This document shows positions 60,247 through 64,000 of a stretch of 64,000 bases of DNA, one piece after another. The DNA is from a virus (taxonomy: Duplodnaviria; Caudoviricetes), in IMG/VR virus record IMGVR_UViG_3300011008_000999. One strand, given 5' to 3'. Every line of letters starts with the position of its first letter. Position 1 is the first letter of the stretch. The position numbers and the translations under genes are program-made. The notes beneath the pieces were generated by a model that saw only the letters and a program-made list of their open reading frames with translations, did not search any database and had not been told where the DNA came from.

Positions 60247-60924
60247 TCATTTCTTTTTACCTCTTCTTAAATTTTCTTTTCTTGACGGTCTAGCTGCTAT
60301 ATGATTAAATTTAGGCTGATATGATTCTATCATAGCCTGTTCAGCGTATGTCAATAACTCATTAAACTCAAATTCATCCTTAAGTTTAGGTAATTTGAAT
60401 AAAGTCTTATATGATAAATCTGGCAAATTATAATTCTTAGCCATCTCATAATACTTAAATTCTACCTTATGAGGCATCTTACTAATAGAGATTCTTTGCT
60501 TATGAAGTTTAGTTCCCTGAATCTGGAATTTAGCTTTCTTAAAATTCTCTTTATGTTGTTTGATTCTCATAGAAATATTGACGCTCTGACCTACATATAA
60601 ACAAGTAGATCCACAAAAGATTCCATAGATTCCAGCGGTATTAGAAATTCTATGCTGAAACTGTGACTGGTATCTACGATTAAGATGAGTTAATCTTTTC
60701 CTATAAGGATATAAGAAATGATCTTTAGTTATCTTATCTCCAAATCTATCTTTGTTATCTTTTACAAGATATATTGCTGTTTTCAATTCTAAACATTTCA
60801 GACATTGTCGATTAATAAACCAAGTCTTGCCGTGTATTTTACAAGTATCTTTGTATTTGGTGTCTTTATGATCCCAACATACAACATACTTACCACTGTT
60901 GCATCCACATACTTTACATTTCAT
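60247..60924 (-). CDS. GIY-YIG nuclease with N-terminal Cys clusters
   Basis: GIYGI..LYVGQS..RIKQH..E..I..PKFN. Confidence 0.75.
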   Translation of the reverse strand: MKCKVCGCNSGKYVVCWDHKDTKYKDTCKIHGKTWFINRQCLKCLELKTAIYLVKDNKDRFGDKITKDHFLYPYRKRLTHLNRRYQSQFQHRISNTAGIYGIFCGSTCLYVGQSVNISMRIKQHKENFKKAKFQIQGTKLHKQRISISKMPHKVEFKYYEMAKNYNLPDLSYKTLFKLPKLKDEFEFNELLTYAEQAMIESYQPKFNHIAARPSRKENLRRGKKK

Positions 60925-60939
60925 TAGGCACCCTCCTTA

Positions 60940-61224
60940 CTAGAAAATATATAACGACTTCTTTACCTCTGGCCATGCAGCTTTTAAGTGTTTTTCTATT
61001 TCTGGTAAGTTAGACTTAGAACAATAATAATCTGTATATGTAGCAGTAATTCCATTTCCACCTAAATACAGTGCTAAATTAAGATCAGATTTTTCTGTAG
61101 TAAAATATTGCCATGTACTATCCCACGTCTTGTCACTTAATTCTCTGTAAATCAATAAAGAATGGTTCCTATATAATTGATATCCATGCTTTTTGACACC
61201 ACTATATTGATCAAATAATCCCAT
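60940..61224 (-). CDS. hypothetical protein
   Basis: ORF. Confidence 0.55.
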   Translation of the reverse strand: MGLFDQYSGVKKHGYQLYRNHSLLIYRELSDKTWDSTWQYFTTEKSDLNLALYLGGNGITATYTDYYCSKSNLPEIEKHLKAAWPEVKKSLYIF

Positions 61225-61244
61225 TGTCTAACTTCCCTCTTTCG

Positions 61245-61445
61245 TTACTTATTTTCCTCTAGTTTTTTGAGTGCACTTTGATACACCTGTGGAATGTACT
61301 CATAAATCATCCCTTTATCATTACATACTTGTACACCAGTAATACTACTAATAGTCTGACAAAACTTCTTGATACGCTCTATATCCTGAGATTTAGGTCT
61401 AAAGCGATCATCAAATAATGCTTCACGTTCCTCTTGTATATTCAT
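61245..61445 (-). CDS. hypothetical protein
   Basis: ORF with RBS. Confidence 0.55.
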   Translation of the reverse strand: MNIQEEREALFDDRFRPKSQDIERIKKFCQTISSITGVQVCNDKGMIYEYIPQVYQSALKKLEENK

Positions 61446-61534
61446 TGGTTTACCTCTCCTTTATATAGATTTGACTTTCGTCAATTATTTTCAAATTCAA
61501 AGAGGGCCTAACTTAATAGACCCTCTAAATAGTA

Positions 61535-62434
61535 TTACTCTTCTTCAGTCTGAACTACAGCCTGAACTGGTTCGGATTCATCAATAGTACTACTATCTAC
61601 AATAACAAACTGTCTAGGTTCATATAACTCAGGATGTTTCTTTCTATGCTTGTACATCATCTTTCTAAATACTTTATAGAATAAACATACATTAAAGAAG
61701 AATACCCAAGCAATAAATAAAAGAACTAATATAATCTGAACACTTTCTCCAAATGCATCCCAAAATGATCTAAGTGCATCTCCTACACCTATAAAGAATT
61801 TCTCAAATGCATTAAAATCAGTATAATAATTAAGCTGAACATTTATATCTGCATATTTAAGTCTCTGCTCAAGTTCTGTTCTAGAAATAGTATCATAATC
61901 ATAATAGTCTGGATCATAATCGACTATTTTCTTACCTTCATAATTAGTAATTCTCTGTGTATATGTAGTTACTTCTAAGTTATTCTGTTTGCAAATCTCG
62001 TCTAACTTATCGATAACTTCATCTACATAGGCTTTATTAACCTGAATAGTAAATGATAATCTTCCAGAAGTTTTATATAAATCACTATAATATCTTCTAT
62101 CTTTATCATAAACATTGTATGAATTATTGACATCCTCAATGTAACCATCTCTGTCTTTTACAAAAGCTTGAATGTCTTCATAATCCTTAAGCATTTCATT
62201 TTTAGACTTTTTATGTTCTCCACTTGCATAGAAGGTATAACTATAATCTGCATAGCTACTATCTATATAAGTAGAACTATAATCCATATCATAATCATCT
62301 AACATAAAACTTGCTTCGCTACTATTAGTTATAGCATCACCTAATCCTTTAGATGAATAACTGTTACCACATCCTGTTAACATACTTACAGTAAGAACTC
62401 CAAGTAATGCTAAACAACCTAATTTTTTTCTCAT
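61535..62434 (-). CDS. lipoprotein with C-terminal TM (DUF4349-like)
   Basis: LTGC lipobox, C-terminal hydrophobic helix. Confidence 0.6.
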   Translation of the reverse strand: MRKKLGCLALLGVLTVSMLTGCGNSYSSKGLGDAITNSSEASFMLDDYDMDYSSTYIDSSYADYSYTFYASGEHKKSKNEMLKDYEDIQAFVKDRDGYIEDVNNSYNVYDKDRRYYSDLYKTSGRLSFTIQVNKAYVDEVIDKLDEICKQNNLEVTTYTQRITNYEGKKIVDYDPDYYDYDTISRTELEQRLKYADINVQLNYYTDFNAFEKFFIGVGDALRSFWDAFGESVQIILVLLFIAWVFFFNVCLFYKVFRKMMYKHRKKHPELYEPRQFVIVDSSTIDESEPVQAVVQTEEE

Positions 62435-62446
62435 GACTTAGTCTCC

Positions 62447-63118
62447 TTACTCTGTTATTGTTATGTAACTCGTTGCAGTTGCTCCATCAGTTGATGTCCA
62501 ATAAACTGGAAATGTTCCAAGTCCAGTAATTGCACTAGGATCACACATGACAGTTCCTGAACTTGCATCTACTGCACTTTTAAGCGCCACTTCAATTGCA
62601 TCATTTCCTCCGCTCATAGACGCACTTACATCATGTACTTTAATATAAGGTGTAGTTTTAGGTGATTCGGTTTTTTCACCGCTATTGTTATTTCCACTAT
62701 TATTATCAGAATTTCCATTGTTATTAGATGGTTTTGTTGTAGTTTGCTGAGTTTGTGGTTCAGTATTTTTAGATGTTTCTTCAGTATCTTTAACAGTCTC
62801 TTTCTCTGCTGCTTGTTGTTCAGCTTCAAGCTCAGCTAATTTTTCATCGAGACTTGCTTCTACATCTGTCATAGCTTGATTATAAATCTCGTCATAGAGT
62901 TCTTTTCTTACTTCTTCTTTGACCTCTTCACGAAGCTCTGCTTTAATAGTTTCTACATTAGTAGTAGCAACTTCAGTAGTTTCTTCTAAAGGATTAGTCG
63001 CAACTTGTGTAGTATCTTGTTTATGTGATTTTGAACCAATATAGTAACCAGTAAAACCAACTAAAATCATACATACAACGGCTGCTATACAAAGAAGAAT
63101 AATTGTCGTCTTTTTCAT
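62447..63118 (-). CDS. membrane-anchored surface protein with C-terminal Ig-like module
   Basis: N-terminal TM, coiled coil, low-complexity linker, GTFPVYWTSTDG. Confidence 0.6.
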   Translation of the reverse strand: MKKTTIILLCIAAVVCMILVGFTGYYIGSKSHKQDTTQVATNPLEETTEVATTNVETIKAELREEVKEEVRKELYDEIYNQAMTDVEASLDEKLAELEAEQQAAEKETVKDTEETSKNTEPQTQQTTTKPSNNNGNSDNNSGNNNSGEKTESPKTTPYIKVHDVSASMSGGNDAIEVALKSAVDASSGTVMCDPSAITGLGTFPVYWTSTDGATATSYITITE

Positions 63119-63131
63119 GTGATATTCCTCC

Positions 63132-64000
63132 TTATTCAGTTAAATATACAGTTTGATCACAGGATAAACCATTTTCTGCTTCCCAATGAATAGAATATGT
63201 ACCAGGTCCATCAGGCTGAAATGATATAAATGGCCCAGACGTCATTTGTGCTTTTACTCCATCGTAATTATAATAGTGCACATTATTTGCTGCTCGTATT
63301 ACAAAAGCTTGACCAAATGGTCCATCTGTAGAAACAGACCATGTAAATGCATCAGCAACTATTTGAGGATTTCTACCTGTATGTGTACCATCTTCATTAG
63401 TTGGTGTATTTTGCCAATCTTCCGCTCTCCATTCATCATCTCTAGAATGATCATTATAATCAATCTGATCATTTGTTACACCAGGATCATTTGCACTACC
63501 ATTACCACCTCCACCAGGTTTATTATTGTTATCATGTTCAGTTTGTGCAATCTGCTGAATTTTATCATCAAATTTTCTTGCAACATCTGTAGTATTGCCA
63601 GAATCTTCAGCTAAATCAACGTCATTAAGCTTAATATTACCATCAGCTAATTCAGCTATCTGAGTGTCAGTTAATGTTACTACATATAACGGTAAAATTA
63701 GTTCAGTCTTGTTACCAGATTCATCAGCAAATGTATAAATGCATTCTCTATACTCTATAGAATTTCCTACCCAATCTGGTTTATCTGGATATGTAATAGT
63801 AACATCAGAATAATTATCTGAATAGTCTAATATGAAATCTTTTACATTCCAACTAAGTGTACCATAATATTCTGAAGTTGTTGTATGATTTCGAACTATA
63901 TACATTGGTTTATACTGACCATCTATACTTTTCTTTAATTCTTCTTGAGTAATAGGATCTTTTAATCTAGCAACTGGTGCGACAAAATCAATTACATTTA
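63132..64000 (-). CDS. surface protein with Ig-like modules (5' end outside window)
   Basis: YTFADESGN, PGTYSIHWEAENG; frame continues upstream of 63905. Confidence 0.55.
   Translation of the reverse strand, partial: NVIDFVAPVARLKDPITQEELKKSIDGQYKPMYIVRNHTTTSEYYGTLSWNVKDFILDYSDNYSDVTITYPDKPDWVGNSIEYRECIYTFADESGNKTELILPLYVVTLTDTQIAELADGNIKLNDVDLAEDSGNTTDVARKFDDKIQQIAQTEHDNNNKPGGGGNGSANDPGVTNDQIDYNDHSRDDEWRAEDWQNTPTNEDGTHTGRNPQIVADAFTWSVSTDGPFGQAFVIRAANNVHYYNYDGVKAQMTSGPFISFQPDGPGTYSIHWEAENGLSCDQTVYLTE

Noticed and set aside
1-64000. tRNA or rRNA genes (expected given the cca gene)
   Set aside because: I recognised no cloverleaf or T-loop patterns in the short intergenic regions; tRNAscan-SE would settle this.

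Overview
AT-rich (about 30% GC) 64 kb segment with essentially all genes on the minus strand. It has Firmicutes-type RBSs and promoters and Clostridia/Lachnospiraceae-like proteins, and is most consistent with a large mobile replicon (jumbo phage or conjugative megaplasmid). I recognise no virion genes in this window. It encodes nucleotide metabolism (nrdD with a group I intron, nrdG, thyX), three sigma70-like genes, UvrD, a CCA-adding enzyme, a WGR-PARP plus an ADP-ribosylglycohydrolase, CheY, an HD-GYP protein, sortase B, signal peptidase I, VirD4-like, FtsK-like and AAA ATPases, an IS200/IS605 element and many homing endonucleases. The main finding is an FtsK/SpoIIIE-like membrane ATPase whose Walker A motif (GGTG|SGKS) is broken by an intein that appears to be split into THREE separately encoded pieces spread over about 15 kb. 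These are a 16-aa IntN on the N-half (24790-25581), a stand-alone middle piece (15574-16068) and a 41-aa IntC on the C-half (starts at 10370). The C-half is itself interrupted by three group I introns. A second FtsK paralogue (40825-42117) carries a contiguous class-3-like mini-intein plus another 15-aa IntN in the same P-loop, and a second stand-alone middle piece lies at 28937-29527. Other points: an orphan type I-E-like CRISPR mini-array, a homing endonuclease that duplicates the nrdD 3' end, two promoter classes and several recently broken genes. All assignments come from reading motifs by eye; no searches were run.
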